A stretch of 64,000 nt of DNA, from the NCBI RefSeq assembly GCF_963921235.1, contig NC_086109.1, forward strand, positions 33,606,001 to 33,670,000, written 5' to 3'. The stretch comes from Mobula hypostoma. Its lineage: Eukaryota. How positions within the stretch are numbered: the first letter of the stretch is position 1; every line of letters begins with the position of its first letter. Positions 51,901 through 64,000 of the stretch are shown here, piece after piece. The notes under the pieces are model-generated. The model saw nothing but the letters and a program-made list of their open reading frames with translations, was not told where the DNA came from and did not search any database. The translations under genes and the position numbers were made by a program.

Positions 51901-54900
51901 ACTAAAAACTGCAATTAGTAGGCTTAAATTAAGAAGTCACCAGGATCAGATGGATATACGGCAGAGTGGTACAGGGAATTTTGAAATGAGTTAGTTCCTG
52001 TTTTACTCCCCACACTGAACTGGGCTCTAAGAAAGGCGCAAATGCCACCCAGCTGGAAGGAGGTGATAATCTCAGCTATACCGAAAAAAGGCAAGGATAA
52101 AATGAAATGTGGGTCATTTAGACCAATATCTGTCCTTAATGTGGATTATAGATTATTTAGGTTGATATAGTTTAAAGTAGTGCACAGGGCTCACATGTCT
52201 AAAGATAAACTATCTCGTTATTACTCTTATATTAATCCAATATGTGACAGATGTCATTTCGAGATAGCTTCTTTAACCCACATGTTTTGGTCATGTCCCT
52301 TGTTGGAGAAATTTTGGAAAGATATTTTTGATATTATTTCAACGGTCCTAAATATAGACTTACAACCTCATCCAATCACTGCTATCTTTGGACTACCAAT
52401 GATAGACTTAAATAATTTAACCTCTTCATCACGAAGGATGATTGCATTTCTTACTTTAAGAGCTAGAAGGTCCATTTTGTTGAATTGGAAAGAGATTAAT
52501 CCTCCTACTGTATTGATTTTCACAAACTATGGTGTGTTTGAATTTGGAGAAAATTAGAAGTGCGGTTTATGACCCTTCTCATTAAGTTTGAAAAAACTTG
52601 GAGGCCATTCATTCAGCATTTTCATATTATGTAATTTGATCATTTCCAAACTTGTTTTATCTCTCTGTACTGTTGTGGAGGGGAATGGAGTTGTCGACAA
52701 TAAGGTTTTCTTCTTTTCCATTTTTAAGTTGTTAGTTTTGTCCAAGTCTTTTAGTTTAGCTGATTAGTTTTGTTTTTCTTTGGGGATGAGGTTTGCTTTT
52801 TTTTTGTTTTATTTTTTTTTCTTTTTCATGATTTTTTTTCCAGTTTTTTTTTGCTTTGTATTATCCGTGGTTAGTTCTACATGATTGGGAGCCTTGTTAA
52901 TTTACACTACTTGGTTTGGCAATTACTTTTTTTTAAGTGTAACAATATAGCTCCTACTATTTGTACTATTGCTATGTTTTGTTTCTATATTTTGAAATTA
53001 ATAAAAAGATTGAAAAAGAAAGATTATTTACCTCTATCATGGCCAAGCGATTAGAAGAGTTTCTACCCACACTGATACATAATGATCAGACAGGTTTTAT
53101 ACAACAATGCCAAACACAAGACAATATACGAAGGACGCTTCACATTATGGATCATATAAAAAATGAAATTGAAGCACCAGTGATAAGCTTGGACGCAGAA
53201 AAGGCATTTGATTCAGTTAATTGGAATTTTCTTTACAGAGTTTTACATAGATTTGGTCTACATGACACAATTATTAAAACTATACAGGCATTATATGACA
53301 ATCCTACTGCTAGGATTAAAACCAATGGATATTTATCTAATAGTTTTACCCTAGAAAGGGGCATGAGACGGGGTTGTGCATGGTCACCGCTACTCTTCGC
53401 ATTATATCTGGAACCATTAGCTCAACACATCAGACAAAATGAAGATATCAGGGGAATTACTAATAAAGGGACAGAACATAAATTGGCCTGTTACGTGCAT
53501 GACATTTTGATCTATCTAGGGCAACCAACATACTCTTTACCTAATTTGATGCAATCCTTTGAACAATATGGCCAATTATCAGGTTACAAGATCAACATAG
53601 ATAAAACCCAACTACTTTCATATAACTATAGCCCACCAAGAGAAATTGAAAGAAGATATCCTTGGCATGGCAAACAGAGTCTGTCAAATATTTGGGCATC
53701 ATTATGTCGAAAGATTTGGCAAAATTATCAGAATGCAATTATCGGCCTATATGTAAAAAAATTAAGGAAGCTATAACAAGATGGAACCTAATTCCTTCTC
53801 TTGGTCTCGGTTCAAGGATTGAATCTATTAAAATGAATATACTGTCCAGACTACGATATCTCTTTCAGACCCTACCAATAGAGATTAACCAAAATCAATT
53901 GAATGAATGAAACAAGATGCTATCAAGATATATATGGCAAGGTAAAAGGCCTAGAGTTCGTCTCAAAACTTTGCAATTAGCCAAGGAAAAGGGGGGATGG
54001 GGCCTACCTTCTCTTAGAGATTACTATTTTGCAGCACAGTTGAGAGCTGTGATATGCTGGTGCAATCCATCATATGGCGCTCAATGGAAAAACATTGAGG
54101 AGAGGATACTTTCCATCCCCATACAGGGAATTTTGGCTGATAACAACCTACAAAGTTACATAAATAATATTGATAACCCATGGGTGAAATGGACTCTTAA
54201 AATAAGGAGAACTATTATAAAAGAATATAAACTAGAGAGAGACATTGCAATTTTTAAATGGTGTGCATATGACTCGGATTTTACGCCAAACAAACTGGAT
54301 GCTAGACTTAAGGACTGGACAGCTAAAGGAATAACAGCCATTTGCAATATAATGAAAAAAGGAACTGTGTTCAGTTTTGAAATGCTGAAAGAGAAACACT
54401 TATTAGAAAAACAAGACTTTTACCAGTATTTACAGATGTGACAGTATGTTAATAGGACGGTTAAAAATGTAACCAAGGCAAGTACATGTTTGACAAAGCT
54501 ATTTAGAAAAGCATATAATTCAGACAACAGTAGTAGAATAATTTCAAGTGTGTATAAGGGTTTTTCAAATCTTAAAACACATTCGACTTCATACATTAAA
54601 ACAATGGGAGAAGGAAGGAGGGATAATAATATCTGAGGAAGAATGGACAATAATATGGAGGTATCAATGGAAGTGTACCAGTTCACAGAAATGGAGGGAG
54701 TTCGGGTGGAAAACCTTGATAAGATATTTTATTACACCCTCTCAAAAATTCCATTATGATAGTAACCGCCCTGTTTGCTGGAGAAATTGTGGAAATCAAA
54801 ATGCAAACCATTATCGTATTTTCTGGGAATGCCCCGTTATCAAAGAGTGGGATACACAATGCCCTACAAGACATCTTTAAATGTGAAATACCCTTGGAAA

Positions 54901-55404
54901 GTAAGACCATATATTTTGGGTATATACCTCAAGAATGGTTGAAAAGAAATAAATATTTAATGAATATACTGCAGGTGGCTGGTAAAAAGACCCTTACCAG
55001 GAAATGGTTATCACAGGAGAGCCCAACTTTAAGTGTGTGGATGGAAATTACAACGACATTTACAAAATGGAGAAGATAACAGCATCTGTTAATCATAAGC
55101 TGGAACAATTTGATTCATAGTGGGGAAAAATGGTTTAACTACATAACACCTCATAGGCCTGATTTTATTCTCACAAGTCAATGAATATGTTGTAAAAAAA
55201 AGATCACTCCCTACTTTGTACATAGTTTTCTTCTTTTGATTGTTCTTTCTTTCTTCTCCTTTCTATAAGTGTATACCTCAGATAAATATTATGTGGAGAT
55301 TTGTGACAAATATGACTATATATATATGTACAGTATCTGAAGTACATCTTATGGAAAGTTTTGTTTGATGATGAACTTCAATAAAAAATAAATTATAAAA
55401 AAAA
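48957..55404 (+). mobile_element. Full-length decayed L1-clade LINE (5' UTR, ORF1, intergenic region, ORF2 EN-RT-zinc finger, poly-A)
   Basis: ORF1 IRMYNVPEGAEG...IERAH-like. EN motifs ISFNV, YLQETH, NIYAP, SDHAP. RT motif ISLDAEKAFDSV. TSD AGAAAATGCAT at 48946-48956 and 55405-55415. Confidence 0.95.
52160..53020 (+). mobile_element. 3' fragment of a second L1 family nested in the L1 RT
   Basis: CDRCH...LTHMFWSCP. AATAAA followed by an A-rich tail. TSD AGATTATTTA at 52150-52159 and 53021-53030. Confidence 0.92.
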
Positions 55405-55415
55405 AGAAAATGCAT

Positions 55416-57600
55416 GTCAAAAGAGCAATGTTACGATACTCATGGTGGATTTCAATATGCAGATAGATTAGGAACATCAGGTTGGTGCCAGATTGAAAGA
55501 GGGGGAATTTGTAGAATGCCTACGAGATGGCTTTTTAGAGTAACTCATGGTTGAGCCCACTAGGAAATCAGGACTCTAGATTGGGTATTGTTCAATGAAG
55601 CAAAATTGATTAGAGAGCTTAAGGTAAAGGAACCCTTAGGGACCACAAATTATAATATGATAGAATTCACCCTGCAGTGTGAGAAAGAGAAGCTAAAGTC
55701 AGACATATCAGTATTACAATGGAGTAAAGGGAATTTAAGCGGCTTGAGAGAGGAGCTAGCCAAATCTGATTGGAAGGGAACATTAACAGGGATGACAGCA
55801 AAGCACCAATGGTTGGAGTTTCTGGCAGCAATCTGGAAGGCGCAGGATAGATACATCAAAAAAGAAGTAATATTCTAAAGGCCGGATGATGCAACTGTGG
55901 CTGATAAGAGAAGTCAAAGCCAACATAAAAGCCAAAGAGAGGGTGTATAATAGAGCAAAATTAGTGAGAAATTAGAGGATTGGGAAGCTATTAAAAACCA
56001 ACAGAAGGCAACTAAAAAAGTCAAAAAGAAGGGAAAGATAGAATACAAAGGTAAGCTAGCCAATAACATTAAAGAGGATATCAAATGATTCTTCTGATAT
56101 ATAAAGTGTAAAAGAGAGGTGAGAGTAGATATTGGACCACTGCAAAATGATGCTGGTAGGGTTGTAATAACAGACAATGAAATGGTGGAAAAACTGAAAA
56201 GTAGTTTGCATCAGTCTTCACTGTGGAAGACACTATGCCCGAGGTTCAAGGGTGTCAGGGAGCAGAAAAGAGTGAAGTTACGATTACTAAGGAGAAGGTA
56301 ATTAAGACACAGTAAAGACAGAAGATAGGTAATTCACTGGACCAGATCGTCTACAGTTTATGGTTCTGAAGGATGTGGCTGAAATGATTGTGGATGCATT
56401 AGTAATGATCATTCAAGAATCAATGGATCTGGCATGGTTCCAGAGGACTGGAAAATTCCATAAACGGCTCTTCACTATTCAAGAAGGGAAAGGGGAAGAA
56501 GAAAGAAAATTATAGGCCAGTTAGTCTGATCTCTGTGGCTGGGAAGATGTGGTGATTGATTGTTCAGGACATGGTTTTGGGATACTTGGAGGCACTTCAT
56601 AAAATAGGCTGAAGTCCTTAAGGGAAAATCTTGCCTGACAATCTGTTGGAATTCTTTGAAAAAATAACAAGCAGAATAGACAAAGGAGAATTAGTGGATG
56701 TTGAGTATTGGATTTGCAGAAAGCCACACATGAGACTGCTTAACAAGTTAAGAGCCAACAGAAGGCAACTAAAGTGAGTATTACAAGAAAGATGTTAGCA
56801 TAGGTAGATCATTGGCTGATTGGCAGGAGCCATAGAGTGAGAATAAAAGAACCTTCTCTGGTTGCAAGTCAGTAATTAATGCTGCTCCACAGGGGGTCGG
56901 TGTTGGGGCCGATACTTTGTATGTTATATGCCAGTGATTATATGCCAATATTGTGGATGATACAAAGAGAGGTGGAGGGTCAGAGAGCTCTGAGGAAGCA
57001 GAGGGCTACCAAAGGAATTGGACTGATTAGAAGAATGGGCAAAGAAGTGGCAGATGGAAAACAGTGTTGAGAAGTGTATGGTCACGCACTTTAGTAGAAA
57101 AAAGTAAGAGTAGATTATTTTCAAAATGGGGAGAAAGTTCGAAAATCTGAGATGCAAAAAGAGTTGGGGCATCTTGTGCAGGATTCTCTAATGATTAATT
57201 TGTAAGTTCAGTAAGTGGTGTAGAAGGCAAATGCAATGTTAGCATTCATTTCAAGAGGACTAGAATATAAAAGCAACAATGTAATGTTGAGGTTTTATAA
57301 GGCATGGGTGAGGCCTCACTTGGAGCACTGTGAGCAGTTTTGAGCCCTTTATCTAAGAAAGGATGTGTTGACCTTTTAGAGAGAGATGAAGAGAAATTTC
57401 TTTTGCCAGAGAGTGGTGAATCTATGGAATTTGTTACCATAAGTGGCTGTGAGGCCAAATTATTTGGTATATTTAAGGTAGATGTTGATAGATTCTTGGT
57501 TATTCAGGGCATGAAAGGATATGGGGAGAAGGCAGGAGAATGGGTCTGAGAGAGAAATGGATCAGCCATTAGGCCAAATGGCCAAATTCTACAACTATAT
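55416..57600 (+). mobile_element. Old CR1 LINE (EN to 3' tail), the target of the L1 insertion
   Basis: DFNMQID, KEPLG, KSCLT.LLEFF and GSVLGP motifs with many stops. Confidence 0.8.
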
Positions 57601-58399
57601 CTAATAGTCCTAATTGGTGTATTTGGCATTCTTCCAGTAATGCAGCTGCTGGTCTGCAGTTTGTCAAGGAATCTAGTTCCATTGGGATGATTTTGCACAA
57701 ACATTATTTGCAAATCACTCCGGTACAATACAGGTTGCATTTTGTTACTAGATTTCCTCAGTGGTGGGGAGGTGGCCGGGCTTGGCCCCATCTCAGAGCT
57801 CCGCTGTGGGGCCAGAGCCTCGCCACATAGCTGGGCCGCTCTCACAGTAACAGGTCCCTGGGCTGCAAATGCTTCCCTCCATGGACTCATCTCGGAGCTC
57901 CACTGTGGGGCCCATTCCTTGACACATTTCTCCATAGTAATGGCAACATCACTCCCTTCTTGCCCCCGAGACTCTTGCACTACCGGTGTACTGTGCAGTG
58001 AATACTGACAGAAAATACATGTTCAGTTCATCTGCCATTTCTTTGTCCCTCATTACTTCTCCTCCAGCAGTCCAATATATATTCTCACCTCTCTTTTACA
58101 CTCTATACCAATGTTTCTCAACCGGGGTTCCGTGAGATGTTGCTAGAGGTTCCAGGAGAGATTGTGATTGAAAATATAAACATAATTTTTGAACTCGTGC
58201 AGTGCACAATGCTGGTGCTCACAGCCCCGTTAGCAACCTCATTTGATATGTCTCAGCCCAGTATGTCAGTGCCCAGCTGCAGTAGGACCACGTTTATTTG
58301 GTTGAGCTCATTCTCAGATTTTGACGCGAGACAGGGGAGGACAGTAATTGGTGAGTGCTGTATTGTGTGTGGGGGGGAGGAGAGGACGGTAGACTGATC

Positions 58400-59405
58400 A
58401 TTGCTGAGCACTGCATTGCACAGAGGGGAGGATGGTGTGCTGATGGTGAGCACTGTATTGCACAGAGGGGAGGATGGTGTGCTGATGGTGAGCACTGCAT
58501 TGCACAGAGGGGAGGATGGTGTGCTGATGGTGAGCACTGCATTGCACAGAGGGAAGGATGGTGTGCTGATGGTGAGCACTGTATTGCACAGAGGGGAGGA
58601 TGGTGTGCTGATGGTGAGCACTGTATTGCACAGAGGGGAGGATGGTGTGCTGATGGTGAGCACTGTATTGCACAGAGGGGAGGATGGTGTGCTGATGATG
58701 AGCACTGTATTGCACAGAGGGGAGGATGGTGTGCTGATGGTGAGCACTGTATTGCACAGAGGGGAGGATGGTGTGCTGATGGTGAGCACTGCATTGCACA
58801 GAGGGGAGGATGGTGTGCTGATGGTGAGCACTGTATTGCACAGAGGGGAGGATGGTGTGCTGATGGTGAGCACTGCATTGCACAGAGGGGAGGATGGTGT
58901 GCTGATGGTGAGCACTGTATTGCACAGAGGGGAGGATGGTGTGCTGATGGTGAGCACTGTATTGCACAGAGGGGAGGATGGTGTGCTGATGGTGAGCACT
59001 ATATTGCACAGAGGGGAGGATGGTGTGCTGATGGTGAGCACTGCATTGCACAGAGGGGAGGATGGTGTGCTGATGGTGAGCACTGCATTGCACAGAGGGG
59101 AGGATGGTGTGCTGATGGTGAGCACTGTATTGCACAGAGGGGAGGATGGTGTGCTGATGGTGAGCACTGTATTGCACAGAGGGGAGGATGGTGTGCTGAT
59201 GGTGAGCACTATATTGCACAGAGGGGAGGATGGTGTGCTGATGGTGAGCACTGCATTGCACAGAGGGGAGGATGGTGTGCTGATGGTGAGCACTGTATTG
59301 CACAGAGGGGAGGATGGTGTGCTGATGGTGAGCACTGTATTGCACAGAGGGGAGGATGGTGTGCTGATGGTGAGCACTGTATTGCACAGAGGGGAGGATG
59401 GTAGG
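58400..59405. repeat. 42-bp minisatellite, ~24 copies
   Basis: Unit GAGCACTG(T/C)ATTGCACAGAGGGGAGGATGGTGTGCTGATGGT, giving a 14-aa periodicity in the ORF track. Confidence 0.97.
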
Positions 59406-59731
59406 CTGATGAGGAGAGTGAAGTGCATTTTCTGAGCATTAAATGGACTTGTCCTACTTGAACTGTGATGTCGGCCTCTCCCTCCTGAATTACCTTTCCC
59501 AACTTCCCCATATGCGCTGCCGACTGACTTACGGGAGCGAACAGTTGGAGGGAAATTTTCATTCTAAAGACAGTCCAGTGTGGCAATATTTGAAAAGATG
59601 CTGTGAGATGGAAGAGAAGGATTCTAGCCCTAGGCTTACGGACAATTCTGATCAGGATAATGATGAAGAATTATAAACTTCTGAGTCATTTCACTGCACT
59701 AGGACAACAACGGACACAGAAAAAGTCTGAC

Positions 59732-61170
59732 TTTTTTTTTACAAAATCATATAAGTTTATTTACACAACAAATACATGAAGTACAAACATTAAGTATTTA
59801 CAAGACTGAACAAATTCAAATTAAAATATGATTACTACTGTCTCTAATACAGTCAATTTCCTGGGGAGCTGCACCACTCCCAGAAATTCCCTACAGCACC
59901 CATTGTGACGGCATGCTTCCTCTCCAAGGACAGCTGGGCACGAACATACCGTCGGAAGGGGGGCAGGCAGTTGACCCTGGCAGTGCCCTCGACTGTCCGC
60001 CACCTAGACCTGTGAATGGCCATCTTAGCCAGGCCAAGAAGAAAGCCTCAGGACCCTCCCCTTTCCAGACTGTGTGCCCATGAGGAGCACAGGGCTGAAG
60101 GGCAACCAGGACCTGAGCAGCAGCCCCTTCAGATACTCAAGCAGGGGCTGCAACCTCTCACACTCCACATGGAATGGGCTGCCTGCAACGGTGGTGGAGG
60201 CGAATACGATAGGGTCTTTTCAGAGACTCCTGGATAGGAATGAGGAGCTTAGAAAAATAGAGGGCTATGGGTAACCCTAGGTAATTTCCAAGGTAAAGAC
60301 ATGTTTGGCACAGCTTTGTGGGCCAAAGGGCCTGTATTGTGCTGTAGGTTTTCTATGTTTCTATATAGCGTAGTACACTGACTCCTCCTAGCCACAGAAG
60401 GGACAGGTGGACAGGGTGCCAATGAACCTGCTTAAAAACCTGTTGCACAATACTGCGCTATATAACACCTTCCACCCAGATCCCCAATGTACTGCGGCAA
60501 GTCCCCTACATAAAGAGATTTCCACTGGGGACCTTCTCCGCTATCAATGGTAAAACAGACCACCAAGGCAAGTTCAGTCAGCAGACGAAGGCAAGGAAGT
60601 GAAAGGTGTGCAAGAGCAGCCCAGACAAGAAATGCTTTGGAGTGTCACGGGAGGATACGGTGGACAACCCCGCGCTATGGCTCATGTTATGCGGGACCCT
60701 CTCCCGCGTGGTATCCCGAAGCCTGGGTCCGATGAGCCCATCAGCTGGTGGTGCAGCCGGAACCCTTCCACTTCCCGAGCCTCCTCGACACCCACCATGA
60801 CTGGACGGGGACCTGTCCTCCTCGCAGCTAGAGCACTGTCCCCACCAGAACAGGAGCACCCTGTCTGGATGAGACTGGACCCCATACCCTCAACTTCCTC
60901 AGTAAAAGTGAGGCAGTTCCCTCAAAGCGGCATGGCTGATGCTGCCCGCAGGAAGCTGCGTGTCCTCTTGCAGGCAATGCCCCTGGCAGAGAAAGTGTGT
61001 TGCCAGCATATGCCATCTCGGAGGGCGGTCACTGTACAGGTATCTCTGCAGAGCCCTGAAGCAGGAGCCACCAGCTGGGTGTGCAAACACAGCGGTGACT
61101 AACCGTCCTCCGCGATCGGAACTTGACTTTGAGAGAAGAGGAAGATCTTTGAGAGCTGCACCCTGATCAT
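59732..61170 (-). mobile_element. Tx1-like LINE 3' part with a CR1 tail nested at ~60168-60365
   Basis: Poly-T at 59732. Minus strand reads DLGWKVLYSAV...TCPFCG (zf-RVT-like). Confidence 0.75.
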
Positions 61171-63101
61171 GCACTCCAGATGAGATTTACTGACCTGCCC
61201 CTGGACAAGAACTGGATTTCTGTGAAAGAAGAGTATCCTACCATTCATAGGAAAGCAATGAACATTTTGCTGCAGTTTTTTCGTGTTTAACAGCCACCAA
61301 GAGCAAAGACAGAAATTGTCTCATTTCAGTTGAAGGTGAAATCCGTGTGTGCTTATCTCAAGTTTGACCCAGAATTGAGAAATTTATTATGTTTACCTTA
61401 TGAGTTTTTAAAATTTATGAAAGGGGAAAAAAGGGATTAATTTCAAGAAAGGTAACTAAGCTTAACTACCTGTTTTTTTTTCAAAAAGCTTGGCTAAAAA
61501 TTCATTCTCTACCCAAAAGAGCATTGACAATTATTTTTGGATTATTGTATCTACAACTTACTGATCACGCTAATGTACTGTGAGCTCTTGGTATACAGTA
61601 ATAATTTTTATGTGGGGCTTCCCTGAGGCCTGAAAAATATTTCAACGGTTCCTCCAGGGCAAAAAGATTGAGAAAGGCTGCTCTATACTGTATATCAGAA
61701 GAAACTTTTTATACTCTTTAATATTATTGGCTAACAACTTAGCATTTTAATTTATGCCTCCGATTTTTGAATTTTCTACTTGTTCAGATAATAGTCTAAG
61801 CCTTTTATTCCACAGATTCACCACACCCTGAAGAAATTCCCCTTCATCTCTGTTCTTGATGGATGTCTCTCTATTCTAAGGTTCCTCTTTAGAAAATAGT
61901 CTAAATCTTTTATTCTGTGCACCTATCTTTGTATCATCTGCAAACTTAGCCACGAAGCATTCAATTCCATCATCCAGATTATTAACATATGGTGTGAAAA
62001 GCAACAGACCCAACACCAACCCCTGCTAAGACACCACAAGTCGCTGGCAACCACCCAGAAAAGGCCCTGTTTATCCCAACTCTTTGCTCCTGCAAGTCAG
62101 TCCGTCTCTATCCATGCTAATATATTTCCTGCAATACCTTAGGCTTTTATCTTGTTCAGTAGCCTCATGATAATCCAAATGAACAACATCTCCTTTATCT
62201 ATCCTGCCTGTTAGTTCCTCAAAGAATTCCAAAAGGTTTGTCAGGCAAGATTTCCCCTTAAGTAAACCATGCTGACTTTGGTCTATTTTATCATGTGTTC
62301 CCAAGTACCCCACAGCTCACACTTAATAATGGACCCTAACAACTTGCCAACCACTGAAGAAGGCTAACTGACCTATTATATCCCGTCTGTTACCTCCCTC
62401 CTTTCTTACGAGTATAGCAACAGTATTCAGTTTGTTCACCATTCCTTTTTTTCCCATTACTACCTCTCCAATGCCATTTTCCAGCACTCCAATGTCCACT
62501 GTTGCCTCAAGTTTACACTTTCCATCTCTGAAAGCACGTCTGGCATTGACATTTAGATTATTGTCTCGCTTACCTTCATATTGCATCTTTTCTCTCCTAT
62601 TGCTCTTTTAGTTAGCTTCTGTTGGCATGTGCAGCAACCCTATCCCTCAACTTCCCACTAATTTTTCCTATTTTGTATGCCCTCCCTTTTCTTTTTATGC
62701 TGCCTTTGACTTCCTTGTCAGCCACGGTTGCCTCATCCTCCCTTCGGACTACTTCCTCATCTTCAGGATGTTCGTATCCTGTGCCTTCTCAGTTGCCCCC
62801 AGAAACTCCAGCCATTGCTGCTCTGCTGTCATCCCTGCTAGTGTCCCATTCCAATCAACTTTGGCCAGTTCCTCTCTGATGCTTCTCTCATTCCCTTTAC
62901 TCCACTGCAATACTGATACATTGGAGAGGGTGCAGAAGAGGTTCACAGGATGCTCTCTGGATTAGAGGCATGTGCTACTGTATAAGGAGAGGTCGGACAG
63001 ACTTGGGTTGTCTTCTCTGGAGTAACAAAGGCTAAGAAGAGACCTGATAGAGCTAGATAGCTGGTATCTTCCCCCCCACCCCCCCGTCAAAATGTCTAAT
63101 A

Positions 63102-64000
63102 CACCCTATCCTCGTTATATGTGGGGGATACGTTCCTTGCAGTCGACACATAATGTGAAATCGCATAATGTGAATAATTATTTAAATGGAGAAAATAGGG
63201 ATGCGTTCCAGAGGGCTTCCTAAATATATTTTACCTGTAATTTATTCACATTTTCATACTAATACAACACAAAAGCAGTACCACAAGGCAACATTCATAT
63301 TATTTTTAATCAATTTCAGGTAATATTCAATGTAATAAATCATAGAAAGTTAACATCCTAGGGTGTACAGTACTCACCAACAGTGGCAGGTGTGTACGCT
63401 CCAGGAGATGAGTGGTTGTTGTGGTGTCGGGCAGCTTTACATGGATAAGGTGGATGGTTGTGGTTGTCAGGATCATATCAAGCACATCAAGGGGTGAAGG
63501 AAGACTCACAGAACTCTTAAAACTGCCGGCAGCAGAAGATGACACCGATTTGAAGAAAGTGGTGAGGGTTTTTTGCTTGGCAGCATTTTGTTTTTCAGCA
63601 TAAATTTGCTTGTAGGGAAGAAGGGTTAACGGCAGGGAATGACTGAAATGCTGACTCCGTTCTAAACTTGGGTCCATGTCCATCACCATTTGTGCCAAGT
63701 GTTCCGACTTCCACCATTCTTTCACCGTTGGTAAACTCCCGGGATTTTCAAAATCGTCTGTTACGTGCAGCATCTGCGAGATAGTTCGCCGTAAAAAAAA
63801 GTATGCTTTGAATGTGGATCACACCGGTCGAGTGGTTGAATCAGCGATGTTGTGTTAGGTGGCAGGAAACGCACTGTTATGTTAGGATGAACGCTGTCCA
63901 AATGTTTAGGATGGGCTGGTGCATTGTCAAGCAACAAAAGAACTTTAAAGGCAAGATTCTGTTCCCGGCAGTGGTGTCTCAGAGCTGTTACCTTCAGCTG
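63102..64000 (-). mobile_element. Tigger/pogo-like DNA transposon end (runs off the window)
   Basis: TA|CACCCTATCCTCGTTATATGTGGGGGATACGTTCC terminus. Minus-strand remnant MDMDPSLERS...PYKQIYAEK...KQKTLTTFFK resembles a Tigger transposase C-terminus. Confidence 0.7.

Larger units (their letters stand above)
58109..61680 (+). mobile_element. Non-autonomous hAT (Charlie-like) element with a minisatellite and nested LINEs
   Basis: Perfect 8-bp TSD CTCTATAC (58101-58108, 61681-61688). Termini CAATGTTTCTCAA / TTGAGAAAGGCTG. C-terminal transposase remnant WISVKEEYPT..RKAMNILL near 61215-61275. Confidence 0.9.

Noticed and set aside
58253..59435. Five long overlapping ORFs with Cys/His-rich repeats; CRISPR-like periodicity
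   Set aside because: By-product of a 42-bp tandem repeat (a multiple of 3). There are no unique spacers, no cas genes, and the context is eukaryotic.

Overview
Eukaryotic, repeat-saturated DNA with no intact host gene that I can support. The repeat repertoire (CR1 LINEs with (TTCTATGT)n tails, Penelope-like elements with minimal hammerheads, PNMA-gag Gypsy elements, hAT, Tc1, L1/Tx1, I/Nimb) suggests a vertebrate, probably a cartilaginous fish such as a ray (inference). The main discovery candidate is a non-autonomous Gypsy LTR element (408-5352) whose RNase H/integrase region is replaced in frame by an intronless, internally deleted sarcomeric myosin heavy-chain rod sequence (MYH16-like). 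This points to host mRNA capture by a retrotransposon. The element was later half-inverted by recombination between two inverted LINE copies. The window also holds hammerhead ribozyme motifs, a solo LTR flanked by a 258-bp duplication, an old inverted segmental duplication (~28.1-40.0 kb vs ~56.9-63.1 kb), a Tc1-bounded 5.3-kb cargo and a duplicated promoter-like block. All family assignments come from motif recognition by eye; no searches were run.
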